Shown piece after piece: positions 25,246 to 37,145 of a stretch of 64,000 bases of DNA. The number at the start of each line of letters is the position of its first letter. Positions within the stretch are counted from its first letter, which is position 1. The notes under the pieces are model-generated. The model searched no databases. It was not told where the DNA came from and saw only the letters and a list, made by a program, of their open reading frames with translations. The position numbers were made by a program, and so were the translations under genes. The stretch is from Haplodiscus bocki (Eukaryota): positions 1 to 64,000 of the forward strand of contig CBFHFQ010000299.1 of the NCBI GenBank assembly GCA_965655095.1, read 5' to 3'.

Positions 25246-27605
25246 CTATATCGTCGAGATTGGATTGTGCGAGTTGAACCAGTGTGTTTTAATTCTTTCT
25301 ACTGCGGGGGTGTTTGTGGGAAAAACTGTACATGTGGTGGAGTGAAGCGGTGATAAGTTGCCACCACATAGTTTGCATGTGCAGGTAGTGGGGTTAGGTG
25401 TTCTTTCTGTGGGTTTGGGCTGACGAAAGCATTTGGTGGTACAGCATAACTTGTTATGAAGAGCGTCTGAGTATAGTAGGCCAATTAATTTTCTTGTACC
25501 GGTTGGGGCATTTTTAATACTCAGCGGGTCAGAATTTTCAATTAGGTCCGTCAAATGATGGTTGCTCGAATAAATAGGGAGGCTTGCCCACTATTTGTAG
25601 AAAGTACCGCGGGTTTTATAGGACTGATCCGATAGTACATCATCAGATATGTCGTTCAGGCAGTCAAGTCCATGAAAACCGATCGGGTGAAAAACGGATT
25701 TAAGCAGGCGAGAGGCAGATTCAAAGTCAAATTTTCTTATCGGCGTTGTTTCGTTTAAAGCCCCAATATTCTCCCTTACTTTTATCATGTTTCGCTCTAT
25801 TTGGGAATGCGGGCTGAGTTTGGTGTGAAGCGCGAGACCAAGGTAGACGAAACATTTTCTAAAGGTTAGGGGAACATTTCTGTAGAAGAAGTTTATCTGC
25901 CTGTTGCGCCCAGCATTTCGGAATACTTGTACCACAGTCTTCTCAATTTTCACAGAAAAGTCATTATAATCACAATTTACTGATAGTTTGTTTATTGCGT
26001 TTTGGAGCTTTTGGGGGTCATTTGAGCCTAGTGTGAGGTCATCGGCATAGGAAATCGCTGTGCAGTGTGCATTTTCAAGGTAATTGGATAAGTCTGCAAG
26101 AAAAATAGAGAAGAGTAGGGGTGATAATTGATCACCTTGAGGGACTCCACTTGTTTGTTTGATTTTCCTCCCTTTTGAGTGGCCAAGACGTACTTGAATT
26201 TGCGCATCCTTGAAATATCACTGAGGACTGCTAAAATCTGGCTGGTACAACCGAGTTTGGAGAGTTTCAGCATCAGTTTTTTCCGACTGATACAATCGAA
26301 AGTTTTCTCGAAATCTTTGAAACATACGTAAAATGGGGTTTTACTGGAAGTGCAAAAATTTATATCGTATGGTAGATCTTGTATTTCTGTTTTTGTTGGT
26401 TTTGTGGGCGGGAGCCATGTTGAGAGTCTGGGAGTATAGCGAATTCGTCGCACCACACGTAAAGCCTTAGATAAATAATATTTTTATACATTTTGTATAG
26501 GTTGGTCAACAAGGCAATACCTCTGTATTTGTTCGGGTCCGTGATACTACTTTTGTTTCTGTATAGGGGTATGATTTGGCAATGCCTCTATTCATGTGGA
26601 ATTTGTGTGTGCTCTCGAAAAACAGACAGTAAACAGGAGAAACAGGTATCTAATCAGCGTAAAGGAGGGGGCTCGCAAGACTTCGTTTGTAATACCGTCG
26701 ATTCCAGATGCCTTTTTGAGTTTTTCGGCTGGAATTGCGTCGCAGATTTCGTTCTCATTTATGGGCCAAGTGTATGAAGTGTTCGGGTTTGCTTGAAATG
26801 CCAAGTAGTCATGGTTTCTATGCGGTTCAGTTATCAAAATGTTGTCGTCACCTGGTTTGGCCTGATATAATTTCTTAAAATGTTATTCCCATGCACCTGC
26901 GGTCACTTTTGGAAGTGGTTCCCGGCCCATGTTGGATTTGACGAATTTCCACAAGAAATTCCGGTCTTTGATTACATTGTCCAGGAACACTTTCTGTTGT
27001 TTCCTGTGCCATCGGGATAAAGCTGCTGTACAAATTTGTTTGTATTTTCGTTTTAAAAATGCCATTTTTTGTAGGTCATTCCAGTATTTGAATCGGTCAA
27101 AAGCTTTTTTCGCTGTGTAACATTCTTTTTTAAACCAAGGTTTAGATTTTCTTCTGGGAGTTCTGATAGAGGAGCAATATATTCCATTTTTTAAATGTCC
27201 GAGAATACAATTGGGTGACCGAGGTAATTTGGCAGGGGGAGTAGTTCATCAAGTTTTTGACAGTCAATTTTCCTAATGGGTGTTTTTGCGGTTTACAGAA
27301 GGTTATTGGTTGTACTTGTGAATTCAAAGAGGAGCATGGCTTGTTTGGTGAAATCATTCCTTTCCATCAGTAATTATCCGAGTAAGTGAGGTTTGTTAGA
27401 GAAGAGGAGGTCGATCGTGCTACGGCCATTTCGTGCAAAGTAGGTGTAGTTATGAGATTCGTTCAACATGTGAGGTTGAAGCCTTCACTTAACTCTATGA
27501 GTTCACGTCCTCGTTAGTTGCCTGAGTCTATGTGGCAATTAAAATCACCAGACATAATTATTGTATCGTTTCGTGGGATATTGACTAGACAATTTGAAAT
27601 ATTGT
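25246..27605 (-). pseudogene. LINE ORF2: APE C-terminal part, reverse transcriptase and Cys-rich tail
   Basis: GDFN, STIDL, KASGIDGI, QGDQLSP, YADD, FVYLG, CKLC; frameshifted. Confidence 0.9.
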
Positions 27606-29213
27606 CGTGGCCGTCTTCAGGGCCAGATTTTTGTGTCATCTGGTTGTTGAAGAGGCCCGCTTTAGGATGAGGGTCACTCTGGGAGTCATCCTCAGTCGTT
27701 CCCTGGTTTATACTAAATGCGTTCCGGGCATCTCCAGAGTGGTTCCGGAATGGCCCTGAATGAGTGGGTTCATGAGAAAGTCGTCTTTTACATGGGTAAA
27801 ATGAGTAGGGAACGTGTCGCTGTACAGGAATTATCCTCAAAATATAAGAAATATCCGTATGTATTCCGTATTGTATCCGGAATCAAATTTTTGTTGGGTT
27901 TTCCGGAATGGTTCCGGAATGGTTCCGGAAAGGCTCCATAATGCGTTCCTGAGATGTTCCTCAAAGTTTTTCCTTATTTATTGCTGCTAACTTTCTTTTG
28001 TTTCGGGTTGCCATTTTCTAGGGAAAATACCGATCAGCTGTTAATATTCATTTATCTTTTTGCTGAAGGAAAATCAATTTTAGGTTTTAACAGTTTCCAA
28101 TATTACAACGAAGTGAATTGACAATACTGGATAATATCATCAGTACTCCAAATTAATAACAACACTTCTGTTTTTGTACTTTCATTTTTCCTGTTTATAC
28201 TTTTTCTTTGGCGGGAAATATAATTATTTACACGCCAAGTCAAGGTACAAATAGGGAAAAGTAATTGCATTATTAAAATATCAAAGTCTGAATGCCAACT
28301 CTGGCGGGAAATAAACACCTTTTCCATCCATTGCTTCGCTCATAGGACGCGTCCCTTCAATCTTTCGACAGAAAATGGACGGTCCTAATCCGTTGGAGAT
28401 GGATATCAAAGTGTTTATTCCCGCGCCGACATATTGCTTTTAAACAAAATAATATTCATTTCATAATTGGAACAATTGAATATTTCGTTAATTGGGATAA
28501 AATAAGATATATAAAATTAAAGTAGCAAGTAGGAAAAACTAAAAATGATGGTAAATTTAAAGTATTCATTGTATTTCATGCACATATCATCAATATTCAC
28601 TCAGTAGTTCATAAGTCTCTACTCTTTAGAGATGAGGAAAAACTAGTATCACTACTAGTTTATACCTCATTCATACGAGTAGCGACTAGTGGTTTCCGGA
28701 TAATTCCGTATTCACTAGAAGTATTTGTCTTCAGAAATGAAGAAAAACTAGTAGAAATACTAGTTTACTCCTCGTTTAGACGAGTAGCTACGAGTGGTTT
28801 CTGGAAACGTTCCGTAGCCACTACTAATTGAGGCAGGCTAAGATCAAATGAGGAAAGATTCCGGAATCACTCCGTATTCACTACAGCACTGCAGCACAGT
28901 ATAGCTATACGAATGACTGTGACGTCACCAGACTAGTAGCGAGGGAAGGCGTACGGAACAAATGTTCACTCCGCTGCTAGGTAGAGTAGCTGCTAGGTAG
29001 GTACGTGTCCGTTCTGTAGCAGTTCCGTCCCATTCTGGATTAGTACACGGGAGTGCTACGTATAAAATACGTAGAATTTACATGAAAATTAGGAGAAATT
29101 TGAAATATGAAGTTTTTTGTGTTTTATTTACAGTCCATCACTTCCCTTGAGGGTCCGGGAATGTTCTTTTCTTCTGCAGCTATTCTCCGCAGGCTTCGCA
29201 AGTATACTGCGAC
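27606..29213. mobile_element. 1.6 kb non-autonomous insertion in the LINE APE domain
   Basis: Flanked by direct repeat aaatattgt (27597-27605 and 29214-29222); removal restores LINE frame ...NLDNIQYNISNCLVNIP...GDFN; ttccgg-rich subterminal repeats; no convincing ORF. Confidence 0.8.
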
Positions 29214-29282
29214 AAATATTGTATTGAATATTGTCGAGATTAGTATTTGGAGGAGAGTTTATGCAACAAAGAGATGTGTGTA

Positions 29283-29524
29283 TGTTATTTGATCTCACGA
29301 GACAACGGTGTTGAGAGATACAAAAACTAAATTGGGAAAAAAGGACGTGAACAACTCAACTTGCTTCGATAAAATTCAACACCACCAATGAAAAAGGTTG
29401 TGAACAAATTTGCCAGCTCCAACAATTCCGACAAACATGAATTGCTTGGTTTTGCTGAAGTGACAATGAATGTGACTCAATTTAACATGGAATAAATGAA
29501 CGAACATTTCAGAAATCATAAACA
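29283..29524 (-). repeat. 3' LTR of BEL element
   Basis: TG...CA ends; about 11 mismatches to 35833-36074 by manual alignment. Confidence 0.93.
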
Positions 29525-29577
29525 TACTCCGCTCCTTGGACTATATGAGTTCAATAATAAAGTAATTCAGATATACA

Positions 29578-30384
29578 ATGTCTAAACGGACGACGCTCTC
29601 GAAGGCCACCATGAGGGATCCCAAGGAGCACATGAATGAGCTGTATGAGGAGCAATCGAAAGGAGAATGGTGCACGTCTGCACTTCGGTGTTTTGATTCC
29701 TTCGGGGAGACAGACTTGTCGAGGCCCTGTAGGATCAAGATCGGGGTGCACTCGATTGACTCCTCGGTGCCGGGGATCGCCTCTGTTGGCAAAGCCAAAG
29801 TCACGCTGCACTATGACGAGAGAAGAGGTCGCACTGTCCAGGACCGCACCTTTGACGGAACCCAGTGGATTGAGTTCGAGTCTCCCTTTGACGAAGCCCT
29901 GGGTTTCCGGAAGAAAAACGACGTGCACAAGCTGGGCAATGAGCTGCTTGTCGGGTTGACTGGCTACAGTTTCCGCGTCTTTCATCAAGATATCAAGCCA
30001 CCACAGTCCGCGGTGTGCACTGTGTTTGGAGGCCGGAAGCTGTGGTTGTTCAGAGCGCCCGGGAGCAGAGACGCAGAATGGGTTGGTCGAGTAGCGTCTT
30101 CCTTGACCTTGTCAGACGTGCAGCAGTTGATGAAGGACAGGAGGAAGGGACCGCGGTTACTGTCGGCCATTCAAGAAGATGGAGAGTCAAAATATCAGCC
30201 GTATGGTTGGTCACACTGTGTACTGACTGTTCCATCTGCACCAACTTGTTGACTGACACTATCAGAGCTGCTGGTGGACGACAAGGAGCTCCAGCGCCGC
30301 TACAATGAGCTGAGTCATCACTCCTCGGTAAGGGTGAAGGGAGAAGATGTGGCGGGCCCGAGAACCGCAAAGGGGTCAAGGTGA
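29578..30384 (+). pseudogene. Extra antisense gene inside the BEL element (224 aa open; 268 codons if TGA 30250-30252 is a secondary stop); product unknown
   Basis: Strong G/C third-position bias in this frame, which continues past the TGA as LTLSELLVDDKELQRRYNEL...GSR* to 30384. Confidence 0.7.
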
Positions 30385-30539
30385 CAATTAATGTAAGTTC
30401 CTTTCTGTTTGAATCAAAGATAGAGCTTCAGGTCTCAATAACTGAATATAGCGCTGATTGAGAACTGATAAGGTAACGTGATTAACAGAAGTTCATTATT
30501 GAATGATAGCTGGGCATTTATGTAACCATAAGTGGCAAT

Positions 30540-33500
30540 ACTCGTAATTTAGAGATTGGTCGATTAATAAAGCCATTTTGGGTTTTAACTCTAGCAACTC
30601 GAACAAGATCATCATTACCTGTGTATACTGCAACAACTCGTCCTAGAGGCCAACGTAAAGGTCGGTGACGAAAACTAGGTCATTGTTTGCAAGATTTGTC
30701 TTCTTGTGCTGCCATTTTCTTCGAATTTGGTTAGTGAGTAAATTTTCCCTTGTCCATCTCTCCCACAATCTGTGCAACAAGAATTGTATCAGTCGCCAAC
30801 GTTGTAAACCAGGTACCTCAGTATCATCCTCATTGCTGCTTGGGAGTGCTGTGGGCGGAGAGCTTACGAGGAAGTGACCCGGTGTGAGAACTTGAACGTC
30901 ATTCGGATCGGTCGATAATGGCGTAACAGGTTTTTAATTTAGTATTTGCCAGATCTGTGCTAGTATAGTCGCTAATTCCTCAAAATTTAGTACTATTCTG
31001 CCCATTGGTCTTATTAGGAGACGCTTCATTCTTTTTACACCTGCCTCCCACAATCCACCGAAGTGGCGAGCACTGGTTGGTAGTGTGACCCGCGAAATTC
31101 CTTTGTTAGCACAATAGTCTTCTAAGTTATCTTGTCTAACTTGTAAGCGCTGTATTTCCATCAATTCATTACGTGAGCTGATGAAATTAGTCCCGTTGAC
31201 GCTATATATGATCTTTGGGAGTCCTTTACGACTTGTAAATTGTCGAATTGCAGACAAACATGCTTCCTGGGAAAGGTTGAGACTAATTCTAAATGTATTG
31301 CCTTCGTTGCAAAGCAGACGAACAGTGCCACGTATGCTTTCCGGACATCTTCTGGACCATGTCGAATTGTTGACGCCCTGCGAAGTCCAATCCAGTATGA
31401 GTAAATGGTCTTGAAGGAGTTATTCGTTCCTCAGGAAGATCACCTATCTGTTGAACTGTTGCTTTCACGGAAAATCTCTGGAATCTCACACACTGTCTCA
31501 CGTATTGCTTGACTTTACTGCGGCCTGCAGGTAACCAATACTGGTGTTGAATGGCGCATAAAGTTTTATGTGTTCCAGAATGGAAGTTTTCTTCATGAGA
31601 TTGCCTGATGATCAACCAAGTGAAATAATGACATTTTGGAAAAAGTATCGTAAATTTTTTGTCTTCTGGATTTTCTGACTGTGATAACCTCCCCCCAACA
31701 CGATGAAGGCCTTTATCATCCACGAAGGGTGTGAGGTTTCACAATGGGCTTGATTTATGAACTTGACCGTTCGAAACAATGTCTCGAATTTCTTGGTCGA
31801 AACTTTCTTCCTGTACGTCTCTCAGAATTTCGAAGTGTGCTCCTTGAATTTCTGGAACTGTCAGGGGACCGCATTGTGCCCTTTTTAAACGTTTCATAAG
31901 TTGAAGTGCTCGATTTAGGAAAACCCAAGTTCTGATCAACCATTTTGCACTTGAAAGTCTTTGGAATTTTATAGGGCAATTTAGTGCTTGCATTGCGCTT
32001 ACACTTGCTGTCTTCTTTAGCTCAAGGTTGAATCGCATGATTGAAACATTCTTGTGCGGCCAAAATGCTACTGGTTTGGCAAGCCATTCAGGGCCGGACC
32101 ACCATAAACTTGATTCCATTAAGCTTAGGACAGATGTAACTCTTGATGCTATATCTGCCGGGTTGAACTCGGTAGGAACATGTTATCAATCGCTCGGTGA
32201 GATCACATCTATAATGTCTGAAACACGGTTTGATACAAATGTGTTCCAACGTCGAAGTTCGCCAGATATCCATGCTAAGGTTATCGTTGAGTCGGACCAT
32301 GCATGTATAGAAGCTAATTTGAATCGAGTTTTGGAAATCGCTTGTAAGCATGATTTCATGAGTCTGGCAGCTAAATGTGCTGCGTACAGTTCTAACTTCG
32401 GAATACTGATTGACTTCAGAGGAGCAACCTTCGTTTTGCATGCTTAGAGCTTTTTGGTAACTGATCCATCTAGTTTTTCTACTCTAGCGTAGAGAACAGC
32501 TGCATAGGCCTTTTCTGATATGCCTGCGAGTATATGCAATTCTATGTTTTTCTTGCTTTCTGAGCAAATAAATCTGAGAAATTGTAAAACATGTAGTTAG
32601 TTCAACTGCTCATGAGCTGCTTGCCTTGTTTTTTCTAGGTCGGCGGGTAATGTATCGTCCCATTGTATGCCTTTTATCCAAGTTGCTTGCATCAACCTTT
32701 TGAGGGTAATTGTGATCGGAGCTATCCATCGCAAAGGATGGAAGATTTTCGATATCTCTGAGAGTAGTTTTCGCTTTGCGCTGCCTGTATCAAATCTTCC
32801 GTTATGTCTAATAGAGAAAACATCTCTTGAGGGATACCACACTACTCCCAAAACTTTGATCGACTTATCTTCTTTGTTCAACTCTAGAACGTCTTTGGTC
32901 GCAAGGAGATGTGGTGGAAGATCTTTGAGGACTTCAACATTTGATGACGACCACTTCGGCAAGGAAAATCCCCCACCAAGAAGTTTTTTCCTGCAACTCA
33001 TTTCGCAACTTTTTCGCTTCGTCAATTGTTTCTGTTCCTGTGAGAAAATCGTATACGTAACTGTCCGAAAGAATAACTTCATCCACCAGAGAATCTCTAT
33101 CTGCAACACTTCGAAAAGACCTGATTGAGTGGTAGGATGACGAGCGAATTTCATTTGTTACATGAGTCATCCGTAAGTGTTGCAACTCTTCGTTCGGGTC
33201 AGGTCTCCAAACTAATCGATGAAAGTCCTTGGCTTCTTTGCTCAACGCTATTTGCCGGTACATTTTTTCAATGTCCGCTGACTGCATGTAACTGAAAACG
33301 TAGAAGGATTCCGGAGATGTCGTCTTGTTGCTTGGCACCCACCATGAGATTTCCATTGAGGGAATTTCCGTTGGTAGTTAACGCTGATCCATCGAAAACA
33401 ACTCTCAATTTCGTCGTTGTTGACAACTCTTCCATTACAGCATGATGCGGTAAGTAGAAAGATTTCGAAGGTACAACTGGCACCTCCTCTTCTGGTATGA

Positions 33501-35726
33501 CCTCCATATGTTGCATAGCCAAGAACTCTTGATTGAATCCGGTATACCTTTGCTTCAAGTTGCCATCTTGCTGGAACTTCCTTTTCAACGAACTGAATCT
33601 GTTGAGAGCCTTTGGTAAACGATGTCCCAACGATTTGCTATCTGGTTTGAATGGAAGGGATACTACATACCTGCCATCCTCTCGACGTGTAGTAGTCTCA
33701 ATGAAGTGCCTTTCACACTCTTTTTCTTCCTCTGTAAGTACGGAAGCACAAGGAACATCTTCGATTTCCCAGAAATTTTTGAGCTGATCGTTGACATCTG
33801 GCTATAGAACTTGAGGATGCATCGCTACTGCTTCAACCGGATGAGCGGATGAACTGACGTATTTCCTTGTGACGACCCGTGCAAATACTGATTCGCGATA
33901 GAACAATTCTTTGGTCTCTTCAATTTTTCCAGCCATCGTGAGTCTTTCATACACGTCGTTCCCAATGAGAATGTCTACTGGACCGGGCTGACAAAATTTT
34001 GGGTCTGCAAGTTTCAGACGTTTTGAATGCTTGAGTGCTTTAGGATCCAATGGTGGGGAAGGTAGTTCCCTTGTGACCTTGTCTAGTACAAATGCTTCGA
34101 CTAGTATGACATGATCATCACCAAGAAGATTGAAACTGACCTTGTACTTTGAGAGTGTGCTCCCCGACGCACCTATGCCGAATATTTGCATCGAAGACCT
34201 CTCTTTCGCCAGTCCCAAGGTTTGTACGCAATATTGTGTAATGCAGCTCAACTGCGCTCCAGGGTCTAAGAATGCACTACACTTGATTTGTTCGTGGGAT
34301 CCAGTTTTATTTATTGATACCAGCGCTGTGGCAAAAATAAATTAAGAATTTCCGTTGATTCCCAGCTTGGATTGCGCAATTTGATTTGATACTGTTGCTG
34401 ACTGGTTGCTATTGTCAACTTCGGAGGATTGAGCCATTGCAACATGAGCTTTTTCATTACTCAGCGTTTCTCGGTGAATCAAGGAATGACGCTTTCCAAG
34501 AGAAGTTCGGCAGACTGACTTGCTTGGGCATTGATTGATCATGTGAGACGATCGTAGACAATTGAAACACAGCTTCTTTTGCTTCACCAAGTCAACTCGA
34601 GCAGCAACATCGAGAGATGTAAATTCCTGACGATTCTGCACCTTGTGATTTCCTTGGCAATTTTGGCAAATATCGGTCTCTGTGACACTTGCACCGTAGG
34701 CTTGACCGCGTTCTGGTCCGGATTGAGTATGTCCATACCCTCTTCTAGCATTTTAGCCTTTATTTGCGCTATTGACAATTTTCGTTTCTGCGGGGAGCAT
34801 GCTTTTGAGTTTTGCAGAACAAGATTCTAGCGCACGACAACGCTCTGACAAGAAATCTGTCATCTGTTGAATTGTTTGAAGATCGTCGCCTGCATGAGCT
34901 AGTCCCCAAGCCTTCTTTGATTCTGAGTCGAGCTTCTCACCGTTGTGGTAGACTAGGATTGCATCCCCTTGATGTACAGGCACACCAAATATCTCTAATG
35001 CTTGCATTTGTTCTCAAAATGTTTCAAGAAGATTTCGCATTTCTTGAGCTGTTTCACCCTTCATGACTGGAACTTCCAGCATACCTCTGATTTGGTTTCT
35101 AACAATCAATCTAAGGTTGGCATACCTTGTTTGAAGTGTTTTCTGGCTCCCGCATAATTTGCATCTGTAATTGTCAAAGGGCTGATAATTTTGGCTGCAT
35201 CTCCTTTCAACGATGCCTTAAGATATTGCCATCTCTGAGCATCCGTTAAGGTTTCGTTGGTGTGCACCGAGGCATTGAATAAATCCCAAAAGGAGTTCTA
35301 TGATAGATACTCTCCGGAAAATACTGGAATTTTCATTTTTGGTAATTGGAATTCTTGACATGTTTGTCGTCTCTCTTTTTGCATTGCCTGCGGAGCCTGA
35401 TTGACGATAGCCATTGGCTGATCTGCTTTTGTGAGCAGTCTCGTGAGCAGAAGGATCATTTGCGTAATGGCATCGATGTTCTTTGATGATTCTGTCACCT
35501 CTGCTTCCGATGCATCGTCGTCTTCAATCCTTATTTCAATCTCTTTGACTAAATCTGCTATTAGGCTTCTCTTCGACTCAAGTGCTGTTTTCAAGCCAAA
35601 CAATTCATTTCGCTGTGCTGTCGGAACTGCTGAAAATTGCGCTGCTTTGTTTGTGTAACGTGTTGCTACACCTTTGTGCGAGGCACGTGAGCGTACTAAT
35701 TTCCTTTTCCTTTCGTGGTCTTCCAT
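30540..35726 (-). pseudogene. BEL gag-pol polyprotein
   Basis: LPKMKIPVFSG gag, CFNCLRSSH knuckle, FLDPGAQ protease, KLRVVFDGS and ADIEKMYRQI RT, RNase H, GLDFAG / SVNGTNF / HFGGLWEAGVK integrase, WPLGRV tail; many frameshifts. Confidence 0.95.
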
Positions 35727-35832
35727 TTCTGTGTAGAACTAATTTCCAACAGGCAAATTGGAAGTAAGAAAGATTGGCTGAAGCTTGACTAAATAAGCAC
35801 TGAGTGTCCGAGGTAACGGCGGACCACAGACA

Positions 35833-36074
35833 TTTTAGTTGATCTAACGAGAAAACTGTGTTAAGAGATACAAAAACCAAATTGGGAAAAAAGGACGTGA
35901 ACAACTCAACTTGCTTCGATGAAATTCAACACCACCAATGAAAAAGGTTGTGAACAAATTTGCCAGCTCCAACAATTCCGACAAACATGAATTGCTTGGT
36001 TTTGCTCAAGTGACAATGAATGTGACTCAATTTAACATGGAATAATTGAACGAACTTTTCAGAAATCATAAACA
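35833..36074 (-). repeat. 5' LTR of BEL element
   Basis: Direct repeat of 29283-29524; PBS-like sequence adjacent on the minus strand. Confidence 0.93.
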
Positions 36075-36374
36075 GTGTTTGTTGTATGTCAGGTAAGGAG
36101 ATCACGAGGGAGTCAGTGGAGGAGTGCCTGGTAATAAATTTAGAGCACAGGTGTGTTTTGATACAGATTGCCAGACCTCTCCTTGGACGACCATGTTGTT
36201 GTTTCACTGCTGGAACGTCAAACGCTAGGAAGTTCGGGATTACTGGTTTCTGAATCATGAGTGTTTCACAGAGTAGGAGTATGTCGTACTCATCGAGGTA
36301 ATTTGATCCATTTAGTTCCAGGGTTGAGTTTAGTTCTTCTACATTCCAGCTCAGTATTTTCAGTGGGATTTTTG

Positions 36375-37127
36375 TCAGTTCAGTGTTTGAGGGGTTTCGA
36401 CAATGCGTCCTGATTTTATCCAGAATTGTTTAAGAGGGTTTGATTGTCGTAGCTCAATCGGTTTATTTCGTGTTTCAAATTGCAAATTCCGCTGTTCTGG
36501 AGTTAAGTCGGGATTGATATAAATACCATCGAATCCAGTGTCATCTCGTAGCTTTTTAGCTTTCCGGATAAGTTCCCACTTTACTTTTGGGTTTGGCATT
36601 TTCACTAGTAGGAGCTGAATATTTTGTTTGTTCGTTGTTCCGATAAGATCGATCTTCACCGGGTCTGTATCTGGTTCGAGAAATGAGAAAACATCATTTA
36701 TTTTTTCTTCTGCTTCGTGTTTCGGCAAATTTTTGAGACCACGAAATTTAACATTACATTCTTTCTCTTTTTGTTTTCTCGTTTCAGTTTCAACATTTGA
36801 GAAAAGTGTTGCGCTGTTTGCTTCGGACATGGTGTGGTCTTTCTCTTCCAAAGGTTTTATTTTCGAACCCAGATTTGAGTTTTGTGGTAGATCCTCTGTG
36901 ATAGCTCTTACGTCCAGTTGTAAGTGCTGGAGATTGTTCATGATTTGATCGAGAGATTTAATTTTGGTGAAGTTGCAGTATTCACAAAGGAAGCCTTTCA
37001 ATTCAAATACTTCAACCTTGCCATCTGGTATCCATACTGAAGACCAACTTCCGTAAATATTAAAGCATTCCACATTCTGTTGGGTACCTTTTTTGTCCAT
37101 TTTTGGTGGCATATCTTTGTTTTTCAC
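36375..37127 (-). CDS. LINE ORF1 protein (degenerate PHD-like N-terminus, coiled coil, RRM-like domain)
   Basis: Open 250 aa frame with FLCEYC, KECNVKFRGL and IYINPDLTPEQR directly upstream of the APE domain. Confidence 0.8.
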   Translation of the reverse strand: MKNKDMPPKMDKKGTQQNVECFNIYGSWSSVWIPDGKVEVFELKGFLCEYCNFTKIKSLDQIMNNLQHLQLDVRAITEDLPQNSNLGSKIKPLEEKDHTMSEANSATLFSNVETETRKQKEKECNVKFRGLKNLPKHEAEEKINDVFSFLEPDTDPVKIDLIGTTNKQNIQLLLVKMPNPKVKWELIRKAKKLRDDTGFDGIYINPDLTPEQRNLQFETRNKPIELRQSNPLKQFWIKSGRIVETPQTLN

Positions 37128-37145
37128 TATCGTTTGGATCTAGTG

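Larger units (their letters stand above)
29283..36074 (-). mobile_element. Full-length BEL/Pao LTR retrotransposon (decayed)
   Basis: Two 242 bp LTRs, 5 bp TSD gtgta/gtgtt, PBS-like TGGTCC at 35826-35821, purine tract at 29525-29537, gag-PR-RT-RH-IN order. Confidence 0.95.

Noticed and set aside
30232-30243. PSAP motif in the BEL antisense ORF as a late domain
   Set aside because: Single short motif with no membrane or capsid context; likely chance.
29541-30379. Minus-strand ORFs 29551-29988 and 30050-30379 as an env gene
   Set aside because: No signal peptide, transmembrane or fusion features; codon bias favours the plus-strand frame.
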